Source: an uncultured Clostridia bacterium (GTDB lineage Bacteria > Bacillota > Clostridia > TANB77 > CAG-508). From it: a stretch of DNA of 64,000 nucleotides. The position numbers and the translations under genes were made by a program. Of the stretch, positions 48,901-57,508 are shown one piece after another. Position 1 is the stretch's first letter; every line of letters starts with the position of its first letter. Location: positions 3,198 through 67,197 of the forward strand of contig CAUWGA010000004.1 of the NCBI GenBank assembly GCA_963558245.1, given 5' to 3'. The notes beneath the pieces are model-generated. The model ran no database searches and was not told the DNA's origin. It saw only the letters and a list, made by a program, of their open reading frames with translations.

Positions 48901-51900
48901 TTGCTAAATAAAATGCAAAGTTTTGCAAATCAAGTAGCAACATTTTATGGAACAGCAGCAGGATTTATAGAGAGCAGATATTTTAATAATATATGTGATA
49001 TAGCAATAGATACTAGATTCTTACCAGGATTAGGAGAGCAATTTAATGCAAAAACCAATGATTTATTCCATAAAAACTTTAATGAAATATTAAACGAATG
49101 GTCTATGATAGGTGGAGTAGGAGCATACGCGGGAAGCCAAAGAATTTATTTTGTAACAAATCATGCACTAGATAGTTATTCGGCGTGGTCTCATGAAACA
49201 GGTCATAATCAAACAGCTAGATTATTTTTTAAAAACAATGGATTTAGACCAATAGGCGGAGGAGCATCATCTGATGGAATAAGTGGATCAGAGGATTATA
49301 CAGATGGAAACACATCTCAAGGATCAAGAGATGGAGATATAAATTTTAATTTAAGTTATAATTACAATGAAAATCAAATGGTTACAACAAACTTAACACC
49401 AGAAAGAATCAATTCTAAAGAAAAAATTGAAAGCTATTATAAAAGAATGTTCGAAACAATTGACTTTTTAGATTATGTAGAAGCAAAAGCATTTTTAGAA
49501 TTAACACCAGAAGAACAATCAAAAGTAGCAGTACAAATTTACTATCCAAATGCACCAAAAGATTATTCAACAGTAGGATGGAAAACAATTTCAAAAGAAG
49601 AATTTGAAAAAATGAACTTAAAAACAGTAAATGATTTATGGGATAATCAAATTACTATAAAACCAGGAGTAACAGGTAATACAACACAAACAGGACAAGG
49701 AGACTATGGCTCAGAAGGTATGTATATCAGAAGATGGTATCAACCATATAATGAAAATGGAAGAACGCATACATATGGATTTAAGTACACTGCTTGGCAA
49801 ATGCTTGGAATAGGCGGATATGATGGAGGTTATGTTACTTACTATAGTGGAAAGAGTAAAAATGACTTAGATGCCATCAAAAAAGTTACAAAAGATGATA
49901 CAATGACATGGCAAAAATTTAAACAAAACCGCTATCAATTAATGGAAAATAGCTGGGATAAAGTAACACATGTAAATGCTGATGAATTAATGGAAGCATA
50001 TAGAAATGCTTTAAAAATGGATGCACAAAATGGAGATAGAAATGTAACCAATAGTACAAATGTTAGAAGAAGAAATTATCATTATGTGAAACGTATAACA
50101 GATGACTTTAGAGCAGATGTATTAAATGGTGAAAATGAAATAAATAAGGTGCATATAAAATCAGCAAAAGAATTCAAACAAAAATTAACAGAAAATCCAT
50201 CAGGATATTATGTATTAGATAATGATATAGACGTATCTTCTCTAACTGGCGAAAATGCGATAATAAGTGGAACTTTTATAGGAAAAATAGATGGACAAGG
50301 ACATAAAATAACAGGAAATACATTACCGATTTTCGACTCTATAAAATTTGCACATATTTCAAACTTAAAGCTAGAAAACAGCAAAATCTCTAATGCTATG
50401 TCAGATGTAGGAGCATTAGTAAGAAAAGCAGAATATAGCGAAATTGAAAATGTAATAGGAAAGGAAATAGAAGTTACATCAACAAATAAACAAATTGGTG
50501 GGTTAATTGGAAGCATGACAAATTCTTTTGTAATAAATACACATATAACAGACGCTATAGTATCTGGCAGTACTAGAGTTGGTATGATTGCAGGATATGT
50601 TGGACAAAGCCAAATACAAGAAAGCTCAGCAAATGGAAAAGTTACATCAAAAGGAAATGCAATAGGAGGACTAATAGGAGAAACTTACAATAGAGCCATA
50701 ATTTTAAATTGTTATTCAATAGGAAATGTAAAAGGAAATACTAATATTGGAGGATTAATAGGATTAGTAACAAACACTTCTGTTACAAAAAGTTTCAGCA
50801 GTGCAACTGTTAATGGAACAAATGCAGTAGCAGGATTTATAGGAAAATCAACAAATAATTCTACAGTACAAAACAACATTTCATTTGGAAACCAATACAA
50901 ACAATATAAATTTGATGGAGCAACAGATAATTCACAACTAAATAACTACAAAGGAAATTATGAATATGAAAACAACACAGGAACTTCTACATTAGAAAGA
51001 AAAGATATCAATTTTGAAGGAAAAATAGATGTGGCAGCAAAATCAGATATCACTAATGTAAACTTTTATAAAAATACTTTAGGATGGAGTGAAAAAGTTT
51101 GGGACTTTACAGGAATAGTAAATGAAGAAGTACCAAAACTAAAAAATCTAGATCCTAACAAAAATATACCTATTATATTAAAAGAAAATATAAACTCAGT
51201 AGATGAATTTATAGAAAAACTATCAATAAAACCAGATGGAAGATATACATTAACAAAAGACTTAGATTTCTCAGGAAAAACTTATAACTTAGGAAGTTCA
51301 GTAATATCAGGAACATTCTTCGGAGTAATCGACGGAAATGGACACACAATAAAGAATCTAAGAAATGCTAGTATATTTGAACAATTTAGTGGAACAGCAC
51401 AAAATTTAAATATAGAAAATTTACAATATGGAGTGGTATGGAACAAACCACCATATACGCAATATATAGACACTTGGAACAGCGACAAAACTCAAAACAA
51501 TGTAGGAGCATTTACAAAAAAATCAACAGAAGCTAAATTCTATAATATGAGATTTAATAGAATTATTATGTCAGGAAATAACAATATTGCAGTAGTAACA
51601 GCAAATGATAAAGATTCAACATTTGAAAAAATAAATGTAACAGAAGCATTTATAATGACAGAATCAAAAATTGCTAACAGTGGAAACAAATCTTCAACAT
51701 TTATTAGCGAAAAAACAGGTGGAAGCATTAAAAACTGCTATGTCCAAGGAGAAATGCACTCAGCAGGAAATGAAAGTGGAGCAGTTATAGGATTAAGCCA
51801 TGGTGGAATTAAAATTGAAAATGTAGTAGCTAATATTATAGGTAGAGGATATCAAAAAGAAAATGCAAAAAATAGTGGATTATTTATTGGGAAAATAAAC

Positions 51901-52245
51901 GGAAAAACAGAAATTAAAAATTCTATATCTATGGGAAAAACATCATATGATATGTTACTAAATAAATTTGCGATGATACCAAATGTAGCAAATATAGAAT
52001 TTATTACAAATTGTTATGAAAATGCAGATGAACAAGGAATTTCAAATAGTAATGGTAAAAATATAAAAGAAGTAACAAAAGAACAATTATTAAGTAAGGA
52101 ATTCTATAGAGATACATTACAGTTAGATGAAAGCATATGGAACTTAGATAATATAGAAGAAAGAAACTATTCAGAAAGCCCATTCCCTTATAGCCCAGAT
52201 CCTACAAAGTTCCCTAAATTTATTGATTTTGGTGGATTAAGATAA
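42928..52245 (+). CDS. Giant surface protein: SP-cohesin-LPKTG anchor fused in frame to SP-like TM, dockerin, four tandem Ig-like module pairs, GLUG-motif regions and an HExxH metallopeptidase (ZmpB/IgA-protease, M26-like)
   Basis: An uninterrupted 3105-codon frame. Motifs are listed in the sub-features and findings. The likely true start is the second ATG (42940, MKLKKLCIIM...). Confidence 0.85.
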   Translation: MKEKMKLKKLCIIMTILCTILFTANSVFAANVQTELTTNKNEVQAKNEEEITLTLELKEFKEIEDGLYAYKGQIQYDKNVFYEIEEKNFTTQNSWESLKYNKENNEFVIIKKSGVVSEEEFLQIKLKVKNNGIAGKSNIVITNQTTSEGKTDIEIGNVNVEITVIQEENNNPGTGDNEGNNNSGNNNPDAGDNENNNNDNSGNGNEGSNEGNSNGENNNQGLGKPSTELPKTGLGNYQTLIVIGIEILLIIAVISFIKYKNINKKIKNKKIIGMLLAVILTAQIAGTTYAVVLSITQKGELNGDGLINYADVELAEKHLIGLEELPADKLENADLNEDKKITVTDLTLLIKKIEHKREYEVKIENASTENYYPNKNQEIEISFVADINYDDVSIKKVIINDNEYEVQNTIGNEYKVKLNVGNIAEKKDFKFLKAILSNNEEVKTNYNFSVSVLKDVPFIDEKTYKLEETFEGKANVSFDLIDTENSITSAQFTAYEKVGNIPVVETPIKSGNNTQEIEVEDGKTYVVEINVDYNLAPEQLEGKPHQGENIIYTKEFTVNLDYKFKISNIKTLKNDVANTTFTKGEQIQISFDSTNAAFETTKNNTFKPAVVTINGKEYQITEKNNHYVATIDGIESLGNQLITIEKVKLGNGKEFSLDKNNSVQVRIEEKKPEITDFEAQENVADKNINIKFNILDKEQTIESAKVVLYDSKKNVIESKDLNVEEIRNGTIETTLKTKNTTTYIIQVVANYRVTDTEVAKNKVLLEKEVPAIIYANIKQAEVNKTELEKNDSVNITYEIETNSEQTIEKIRVNSVNYIATKLTNGKYKITIQTGNVPQLLNLETTKIIFKDGTETEVTNTLKVNVLKDVPTISDIRQEDSVGKHEVTLHFTINDADKSYIRGKVQLVKGGSVVEEKDIIKEEKEIGTVTFDHVEEGVSYTAKVLVTYNRFTETEEYIQKDQLLEEVPVILIHDYKLQISDLKTANTDKETKYFNKNEEITLSFTSTNASSFIPEEATINGKTYKVTRKTGTNQYTATLSGYDASGKQEIKIEKLLLSNGVELDVSNETKIEVEILKDKPTITDFSYNEDTENKNKVKTKFILDDNEHTLVSGKIVITDKKKNEISTQSLEVGKNEIIFDKTDSEYYYIKVIADYNLGTDENNLHKSQTLLNEEMDFSIRKIEMKDVTDVYLYRKNGDKIEEVTSIFTHELEQKDQFLVKVEMKDMPAFYAPLKGYRVENNELKLELEYENVVQYENNMKQDKLEVVYGTVENNKATNNSLASLIKRMKANPNGTFELIKDYDASTITGDHRSLVGADITFTGTLNGNGHKISNLSRPIFDYVSRANIKDLVLENVYISNTDNATGRGAISNEMGSHTTISNVHVKNMAITTSVKYSYYGGITGKLTESTIKECSVTGLTITGPQNSLVSAIGGITGYINTSTIENCYVTGSISGRKEMGGIVGLVEKYVPDTSYIRNCIAKVNIDSTDGPNGIGGIVGFARNAGQINLKQNISFATGRNSYKLYGTNATLNMFTKNYVMEESTLKDNDNAQIKKISKNDFNEEFCKKEAGFDENIWNLNGCSYDKLPTLNNADPNNIKEEGQQQENEVYIPEQTRLEKMVEYNKNKEILYSNLYKLMPFYDAKYLVLDGTKISEDDILNKELIKTVLPYDNKGKLAVALTKENYKNLSYIKVVFNDNTTKKYTLKFKDDYGNIANYNINELKVDYNFDKYIIRQDATIVRELSNYIQNLEYEKDLQGMISLDRGHPAYKTHFNEITRTKENADKFIYKYLSSASGYSITMENEILSTIVKNRLLNNNEMKRILFAYNYYSRFYGINMDGADLSDIMLFKGDLYRKNIKVSDLISDFWNSRWKNSHVNYQYYRDTLAHRFGISQISDFMDYNIKILTDSANPNDWFTANFRGPLVEVPAKGHEDSDIDYRAWTQLKKRPEYMLALLTLPENAGYMISTPTVFFVGSQRVYITDPTNKTQQQTLLNKMQSFANQVATFYGTAAGFIESRYFNNICDIAIDTRFLPGLGEQFNAKTNDLFHKNFNEILNEWSMIGGVGAYAGSQRIYFVTNHALDSYSAWSHETGHNQTARLFFKNNGFRPIGGGASSDGISGSEDYTDGNTSQGSRDGDINFNLSYNYNENQMVTTNLTPERINSKEKIESYYKRMFETIDFLDYVEAKAFLELTPEEQSKVAVQIYYPNAPKDYSTVGWKTISKEEFEKMNLKTVNDLWDNQITIKPGVTGNTTQTGQGDYGSEGMYIRRWYQPYNENGRTHTYGFKYTAWQMLGIGGYDGGYVTYYSGKSKNDLDAIKKVTKDDTMTWQKFKQNRYQLMENSWDKVTHVNADELMEAYRNALKMDAQNGDRNVTNSTNVRRRNYHYVKRITDDFRADVLNGENEINKVHIKSAKEFKQKLTENPSGYYVLDNDIDVSSLTGENAIISGTFIGKIDGQGHKITGNTLPIFDSIKFAHISNLKLENSKISNAMSDVGALVRKAEYSEIENVIGKEIEVTSTNKQIGGLIGSMTNSFVINTHITDAIVSGSTRVGMIAGYVGQSQIQESSANGKVTSKGNAIGGLIGETYNRAIILNCYSIGNVKGNTNIGGLIGLVTNTSVTKSFSSATVNGTNAVAGFIGKSTNNSTVQNNISFGNQYKQYKFDGATDNSQLNNYKGNYEYENNTGTSTLERKDINFEGKIDVAAKSDITNVNFYKNTLGWSEKVWDFTGIVNEEVPKLKNLDPNKNIPIILKENINSVDEFIEKLSIKPDGRYTLTKDLDFSGKTYNLGSSVISGTFFGVIDGNGHTIKNLRNASIFEQFSGTAQNLNIENLQYGVVWNKPPYTQYIDTWNSDKTQNNVGAFTKKSTEAKFYNMRFNRIIMSGNNNIAVVTANDKDSTFEKINVTEAFIMTESKIANSGNKSSTFISEKTGGSIKNCYVQGEMHSAGNESGAVIGLSHGGIKIENVVANIIGRGYQKENAKNSGLFIGKINGKTEIKNSISMGKTSYDMLLNKFAMIPNVANIEFITNCYENADEQGISNSNGKNIKEVTKEQLLSKEFYRDTLQLDESIWNLDNIEERNYSESPFPYSPDPTKFPKFIDFGGLR
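43612..43626 (+). other. LPKTG sortase motif, internal at aa 229-233
   Basis: STELPKTGLGNYQTLIVIGIEILLIIAVISFIKYKNINKKIKNKK: motif, hydrophobic helix and basic tail, a complete cell-wall sorting signal. Confidence 0.8.
43822..43984 (+). other. Dockerin-like module (two Ca-binding repeats)
   Basis: ELNGDGLINYADVELAEKHLIG and DLNEDKKITVTDLTLLIKKI fit the DxNxDGxIxxxD dockerin repeat pattern. Confidence 0.7.
49192..49206 (+). other. HExxH zinc-binding motif of the protease domain
   Basis: SAWSHETGHNQTARLFF. Confidence 0.7.
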
Positions 52246-52377
52246 TAATATCATAGAAAATTTTAGGTTAAAATTATAGTTGCTTTCTTGATTTTTTAAC
52301 CAAAATATCGTAAGATATTATCAACCTTTCTTGTCAAGAGGTAGTCTTTGCTTAAAGACGGAAAGGAGGGTTACAAT

Positions 52378-52503
52378 ATGACCGTTGGAGATGCAATTCT
52401 AAGTTTAGTTGACAAATTGTTAGCAGAAAGAGAAAGAGTCGTTAGACTAGAACTTTCAAAGCAACAACAATTAAACGATGAAAAGCAATCAGACAAAGAC
52501 TGA
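52378..52503 (+). CDS. Candidate 41-aa protein (not in the ORF track)
   Basis: Strong RBS gaaaggaggg 7 nt before the ATG. MTVGDAILSLVDKLLAERERVVRLELSKQQQLNDEKQSDKD. Terminator hairpin at 52525-52557. Confidence 0.45.
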   Translation: MTVGDAILSLVDKLLAERERVVRLELSKQQQLNDEKQSDKD

Positions 52504-52561
52504 TGGTAGACATACATAAGGTCGATAGAGTGGGGTTCACAGCCTACTCTATTTTTTATAC

Positions 52562-52635
52562 AAAAAAAGTATGTGTATTCACAGGTACACATACGATTAC
52601 AAGTTTGACCGTTGGAATCAAACACATTTATTTGT
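52562..52635 (-). ncRNA. Candidate sRNA of about 75 nt, convergent with the 41-aa ORF
   Basis: Minus-strand promoter TTGACA (52670-52665) - 17 nt - TATTAT (52647-52642). Hairpin GTTTGA-ttccaacgg-TCAAAC. Terminator GTATGTGTA...TACACATAC + TTTTTTT (52594-52562). Confidence 0.35.
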
Positions 52636-52752
52636 AATTAAATAATAACATATTCTTTTGGATTTGTCAAACAATTTTTCAAAATCAATGTATTAATGTA
52701 TTATATGCAAAGTATATTGAAAAATAAAAACGCTCAAACAAGTTTGAGCGTT

Positions 52753-52829
52753 TGGTGCAGCAGGAGGAATTCGAATCCCCGACCTCTCGGTTCGTAGCCG
52801 AGTGCTCTATCCAGCTAAGCTACTGCTGC
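52753..52829 (-). tRNA. tRNA-Arg (anticodon ACG)
   Basis: The reverse complement folds as gcagcag/ctgctgc acceptor, anticodon stem-loop ctcgg-ctACGaa-ccgag, T loop ttcgaat, encoded CCA. A terminator hairpin lies at about 52728-52752. Confidence 0.9.
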
Positions 52830-52876
52830 ATATATAAAATAATAAAAAACCACTCGCAACGGAGTGGTTTTTGTTA

Positions 52877-52953
52877 TGGTCGAGGTGACAGGGATCGAAC
52901 CTGCGACCTCATGGTCCCAAACCACGCGCGCTACCAACTGCGCTACACCTCGA
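52877..52953 (-). tRNA. tRNA-Pro (anticodon UGG)
   Basis: Reverse complement: tcgaggt acceptor, anticodon stem-loop cgtgg-ttTGGga-ccatg, T arm gcagg-ttcgatc-cctgt, encoded CCA. Confidence 0.88.
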
Positions 52954-53349
52954 TTTACCTTTAATAATTATCAACGCTAATATATAATAGCACATTTTAA
53001 TTGTAAATTCAAGAGTTTTTTAAAAAAATATCAAAAAACATCAAAAATATATAATAAAGTAAAGAGAGAAAGCACTTTTTATAGTATATAAAAAGTTGTA
53101 AAAAACAATAAAAGAACTAGATTACTTTTTTTGAAGAAATCTAGTTCAATAAACAAAAAATAAACATATAAATATATGATTTATTCTACATGCATTTTAG
53201 CAAAAAAACATTATCAAGTCAACAAAAAAACTAAAAAAATAAGAAAAAATCAGTGTTTTCAAGAACTTTAAGAATAAATAATAAAAAATTGTGGAAAAAT
53301 AAAAAGCATAATGATATACTAATATAAAAATAAACAAGGAGGATAAAAG

Positions 53350-54744
53350 ATGGAAGAATTAAAAGAAAAATTATTTAAAAATAATAATAGTGGATGGGAA
53401 AATGTAAATGAAGAAAAAAGAAAAAAAATAGAAGAAATATCAAATAAATACATGAATTTTCTAAATAATGCGAAAACAGAAAGAGAGTTTATAAAAGAAG
53501 CAAGAAAATTAGCTGATAGTAATGGATATAAATACATAATGGAATATCAAACACTAAAACCAGGAGACAAAATTTATTTTATAAATCGTGAAAAAAGTAT
53601 GTATTTAGCAATAATAGGAGAAAAATCAATAGAAGAAGGTATGCATATAATAGGTTCACATGTAGATTCACCAAGATTAGATTTAAAACCAAATCCATTA
53701 TATGAAGATACAGGATTGGCATATTTTAAGACTCACTATTATGGAGGAATAAAAAAATATCAATGGACAACAATTCCTCTTAGCATGCATGGTGTAATAG
53801 TAAAAACTTCTGGAGAAAAAATAGAAATAAATATAGGAGAAAATGAAAATGACCCAATATTTACTATAACAGATTTACTTCCACATCTAGCTCAAGATCA
53901 AATGGAAAAGAAATTAAAAAATGGAATAGATGGAGAAGACTTGAATTTATTAATTGGAAGTATTCCATATGGAGATAAACAAGGTTCAGATAGAATAAAA
54001 CTAAACATTTTAAACTTATTAAATCAAAAATATGGAATAACAGAAGAAGATTTAACAAGTGCAGAAATTGAATTAGTACCTGCATTTAGAGCTAGGACAC
54101 TAGGATTTGATGGAAGCATGATAGCAGCATATGGTCAAGATGATAAAGTATGTGCATATACATCACTTCAAGCTATGATGGATGTAGAAAGTGTGCAAAA
54201 TACAGCTATATGTATTCTATCAGATAAAGAAGAAATAGGAAGTATGGGAAATACAGGTATGGAATCACATATGTTTGATTTCTTTATTTCAGAAATATTA
54301 AATAAATTAGGTATAAATAAACCAAATTTATTAGATAGAGTATTTTGTTTCTCAAAAATGTTATCATCAGATGTAGATGCAGGATATGACCCAATTTATG
54401 CTAGCGTATCAGATAAGCATAATGCAGGATTTTTAGGAAAAGGAATTAGTTTAAATAAATATACAGGAGCTAGAGGAAAGTCAGGAGCTTCAGATGCTAA
54501 TGCAGAATATGTAGCATGGGTAAGAAATGTATTAGAAAAAAATAATATTAGATACCAAGTAGCAGAACTAGGAAGAGTTGATGTAGGAGGTGGAGGAACA
54601 ATCGCATATATTATAGCAAATAAAGGTGCAGATGTAATAGATTGTGGCGTTCCAGTATTATCAATGCATGCTCCATATGAAGTAACAAGTAAATATGATG
54701 TATATTCAGCATATGAAACATATAAAGCCTTTTGGGAAGAATAA
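53350..54744 (+). CDS. M18-family aminopeptidase
   Basis: IGSHVDSPRLDLKPNP, YGQDDKVCAY, SDKEEIGSMG, LSMHAPYE. Confidence 0.85.
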   Translation: MEELKEKLFKNNNSGWENVNEEKRKKIEEISNKYMNFLNNAKTEREFIKEARKLADSNGYKYIMEYQTLKPGDKIYFINREKSMYLAIIGEKSIEEGMHIIGSHVDSPRLDLKPNPLYEDTGLAYFKTHYYGGIKKYQWTTIPLSMHGVIVKTSGEKIEINIGENENDPIFTITDLLPHLAQDQMEKKLKNGIDGEDLNLLIGSIPYGDKQGSDRIKLNILNLLNQKYGITEEDLTSAEIELVPAFRARTLGFDGSMIAAYGQDDKVCAYTSLQAMMDVESVQNTAICILSDKEEIGSMGNTGMESHMFDFFISEILNKLGINKPNLLDRVFCFSKMLSSDVDAGYDPIYASVSDKHNAGFLGKGISLNKYTGARGKSGASDANAEYVAWVRNVLEKNNIRYQVAELGRVDVGGGGTIAYIIANKGADVIDCGVPVLSMHAPYEVTSKYDVYSAYETYKAFWEE

Positions 54745-54857
54745 AAATGATAAAAGAACTATTACTTCAGTAATAGTTCTTTTTCTTTAAGAAGGAGTTT
54801 TATTTAAAAAATAAAAAAACCTTTAAATATAAAATTTAAAAAAACATTATAAACAAA

Positions 54858-55196
54858 CTAAATTTTTTTCAATTCTTCAATTACAGAAAGTAAAAATTCT
54901 TTTTTATCATTAGATAAATCATCAATTTGTTCAGATACTTTAATACTTAATTGAACATCTGGATTATCAATAAATGTTTTATAAATTGCATTAGGAGTAA
55001 TACCCAAAGTGTTAATGTACTTAATTAAAGTTTGAGTTTTTATTCCACTTTTTGCAGTTTCTATTCGAGAAATATATTTAACTGAAATTCCAACTTTCTC
55101 GGCAAGTTGCTCTTGGGTAAGATTAGCTTTAAGTCTGTAACTTTTTAATATATTGCTCCAATTTTTATCTATCTCAGATTTAGAAATAGAATCCAT
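54858..55196 (-). CDS. XRE-family helix-turn-helix transcriptional regulator
   Basis: LKSYRLKANLTQEQLAEKVGISVKYISRIETAKSG. RBS ggagggg lies before the ATG at 55196. Confidence 0.8.
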   Translation of the reverse strand: MDSISKSEIDKNWSNILKSYRLKANLTQEQLAEKVGISVKYISRIETAKSGIKTQTLIKYINTLGITPNAIYKTFIDNPDVQLSIKVSEQIDDLSNDKKEFLLSVIEELKKI

Positions 55197-55449
55197 AATG
55201 ACCCCTCCATAAAACACTTATGTATAAGTAACAGTATAACAACATTGTAGGAATTGTTGAACACATTAATAATACGAGCAAATTCAGATGGAAAAAATTG
55301 CTAAAAAACCATAAAAATACTTGAAATAGGAAATGATATATGATAATATCGGAAAAATGAAGTAGCACTATTAGTTATATGCGGAAAGCATAAAAATATA
55401 ACAAAAAATAAAAATTTTAGAAAATTTTTAATGAAAGTAGGAATTTAAA

Positions 55450-55593
55450 ATGATAGAATATGAAGAATATGCCAAATTTTTAAAAATGATAATAGCATGT
55501 ATTAGTTATGGAGATTATTACACAGTAAAGGAATTGTCTAATATAGAGTTAGAAAAAATAAACAAAATAGAAAGGGAAAAAACTATAAAATAA
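55450..55593 (+). CDS. Candidate 47-aa protein divergent from the XRE regulator
   Basis: MIEYEEYAKFLKMIIACISYGDYYTVKELSNIELEKINKIEREKTIK. Weak RBS aggaa; followed by the hairpin actgttaataaaa...ttttattaacagt. Confidence 0.3.
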   Translation: MIEYEEYAKFLKMIIACISYGDYYTVKELSNIELEKINKIEREKTIK

Positions 55594-55656
55594 AAAACTG
55601 TTAATAAAAAAGTAAAAATATTTTATTAACAGTATATAAAAATAATGTAATATATA

Positions 55657-56343
55657 TTATTTTATAAAGTTTATATCTTCAGTAGTTATATAACCATATT
55701 CAACCATTTTATTAAGTACATGTTTCTGTCTTTTTTTAGCCAAGTCAGGGTTAACATTTGGGGAATACACAGAAGGTGCATTTGGAACACCAGCTAGCAT
55801 AGAAGCTTCGTCTAATGTTAAATCTTTAGGATTTTTATTGTAATAACCATAACTTGCTTCATAAATACCATTATATCCATCACCAAAATAACAAGTATTA
55901 ACATATAGAGCTAAGATTTCATCTTTGCTATAATTTTTTTCTATTTCATAAGCAGCAAATATTTCACCTAATTTTCTAGAGAGACTTTCTTCTTGAGAAA
56001 ATACCACATTTTTTGCTACTTGCTGAGTAATTGTACTTCCACCTTGTTTTAAATCCCAACTTTTTAAATTAACCCATAAAGCTCGTCCAATACCAATTAT
56101 ATCAACAGCTCCATGATTATAAAATCTATGGTCTTCAACTGCTACTACAGCATTAATATAATCTTTAGACAAATCATCAAATTTAACAAAATGTTCATCA
56201 TTACAAATTTTATCAAACCTTAAAAGCAAAGGTTCTTCTTTTAATGCTTCATTATATGTACTATATCCTATTATAAAACAGATAGAAAAACCAACTATTA
56301 ACACAATAAGCAATAAAACAAATAATTTTTTTAATAACTTCAT
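55657..56343 (-). CDS. mtgA: Monofunctional peptidoglycan glycosyltransferase (GT51)
   Basis: N-terminal TM helix, AVVAVEDHRFYNHGAVD, GGSTITQQVAKN, and no transpeptidase domain. Confidence 0.85.
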   Translation of the reverse strand: MKLLKKLFVLLLIVLIVGFSICFIIGYSTYNEALKEEPLLLRFDKICNDEHFVKFDDLSKDYINAVVAVEDHRFYNHGAVDIIGIGRALWVNLKSWDLKQGGSTITQQVAKNVVFSQEESLSRKLGEIFAAYEIEKNYSKDEILALYVNTCYFGDGYNGIYEASYGYYNKNPKDLTLDEASMLAGVPNAPSVYSPNVNPDLAKKRQKHVLNKMVEYGYITTEDINFIK

Positions 56344-56611
56344 TAATATATCACCTTCTTTAACTAATTTAGATATCTAATGTAAAATTATTATATAATA
56401 AAAATAAGATAAAAGAAACATAATTAATAAAAAATTAATATACTCACGAAACATAATTACATTGAATAAACTATATAAAAAGTAAAAGATTAAAAAAGAA
56501 TAAAACCTTTAGTATGTTTTCTGAATTGAAATTAAGAAATTTTAAGTTTTACAAATCTAAACTAAATATTTCTAATTAAGTTTAAGATTTTAGAAAGGAA
56601 AAAGTGTAATT

Positions 56612-57439
56612 ATGGGAAAGATACAATTTACTAAAATGCATGGACTAGGAAATGATTATATATACATAAATGTATTAGAAAATAGAGATTTAAAAGAAAT
56701 ATTTACCAGATACAAAATTGGAGCATTGGTTAGATATTTAAGTAATAGGAATTTTGGAATAGGAGGAGATGGAGTAATATTTATAGAAAATAGTTTAATA
56801 GCAGACTTTAAAATGAGAATTTTTAATAGTGATGGAACAGAAGCAGAGATGTGTGGAAATGGGATACGATGTTTTGCAAAATATGTATATGAAAAAAATA
56901 TGATAAAAAATAAGCTAATAAAAATTGAAACGTTAGCAGGGATAAAACAAGCTGAAATAATCGAAAATGACAAAAAAGAAATTGAAGAAATTAAAATAAA
57001 TATGGGAAAAGCAAAAATACAAAATAATATAAACATAAAAATACAAGATAGAAATTTTGAAATAAATAGAATATCTATGGGAAATCCACATGCTGTTATA
57101 TTTGTACCAGATGTAGAAAGTATCAAAATAGAAAAATATGGACCACTAATTGAAAATTATAGATATTTTCCACTTAAAACTAATGTAGAATTTGTTCAAA
57201 TATTAGAAAGAAATTTGATAAAATTAAGAGTGTGGGAAAGAGGATCTAAAGAAACATTTGCATGTGGCACAGGAAGTTGTGCAGCAGTAATTGCAGGTAT
57301 AAAAAATAAACTATTAAAAAATGAAGTAAAAGTATTATTAAAAGGAGGAGAACTAAAAATTAAAATAGATGAAAAAACAAAAAATATATATATGAAAGGA
57401 ATTGCAACAAAAGTTTTTGAAGGAGAAATATATGTATAA
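56612..57439 (+). CDS. dapF: Diaminopimelate epimerase
   Basis: KMHGLGNDYIY, FNSDGTEAEMCGNGIRCF, GNPHAV, ETFACGTGSCA. Confidence 0.93.
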   Translation: MGKIQFTKMHGLGNDYIYINVLENRDLKEIFTRYKIGALVRYLSNRNFGIGGDGVIFIENSLIADFKMRIFNSDGTEAEMCGNGIRCFAKYVYEKNMIKNKLIKIETLAGIKQAEIIENDKKEIEEIKINMGKAKIQNNINIKIQDRNFEINRISMGNPHAVIFVPDVESIKIEKYGPLIENYRYFPLKTNVEFVQILERNLIKLRVWERGSKETFACGTGSCAAVIAGIKNKLLKNEVKVLLKGGELKIKIDEKTKNIYMKGIATKVFEGEIYV

Positions 57440-57508
57440 AAATAAAAGCTTGAAAGTGATATAAGAATCATATTCAAGCTTTTTACAATTAATTTAACAA
57501 GTTTTTAG

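Noticed and set aside
52371-52625. 84-aa minus-strand ORF
   Set aside because: It has no RBS. It runs antisense through the RBS-equipped 41-aa plus-strand ORF and through both terminator hairpins. The region is better explained by the small ORF plus the candidate sRNA.
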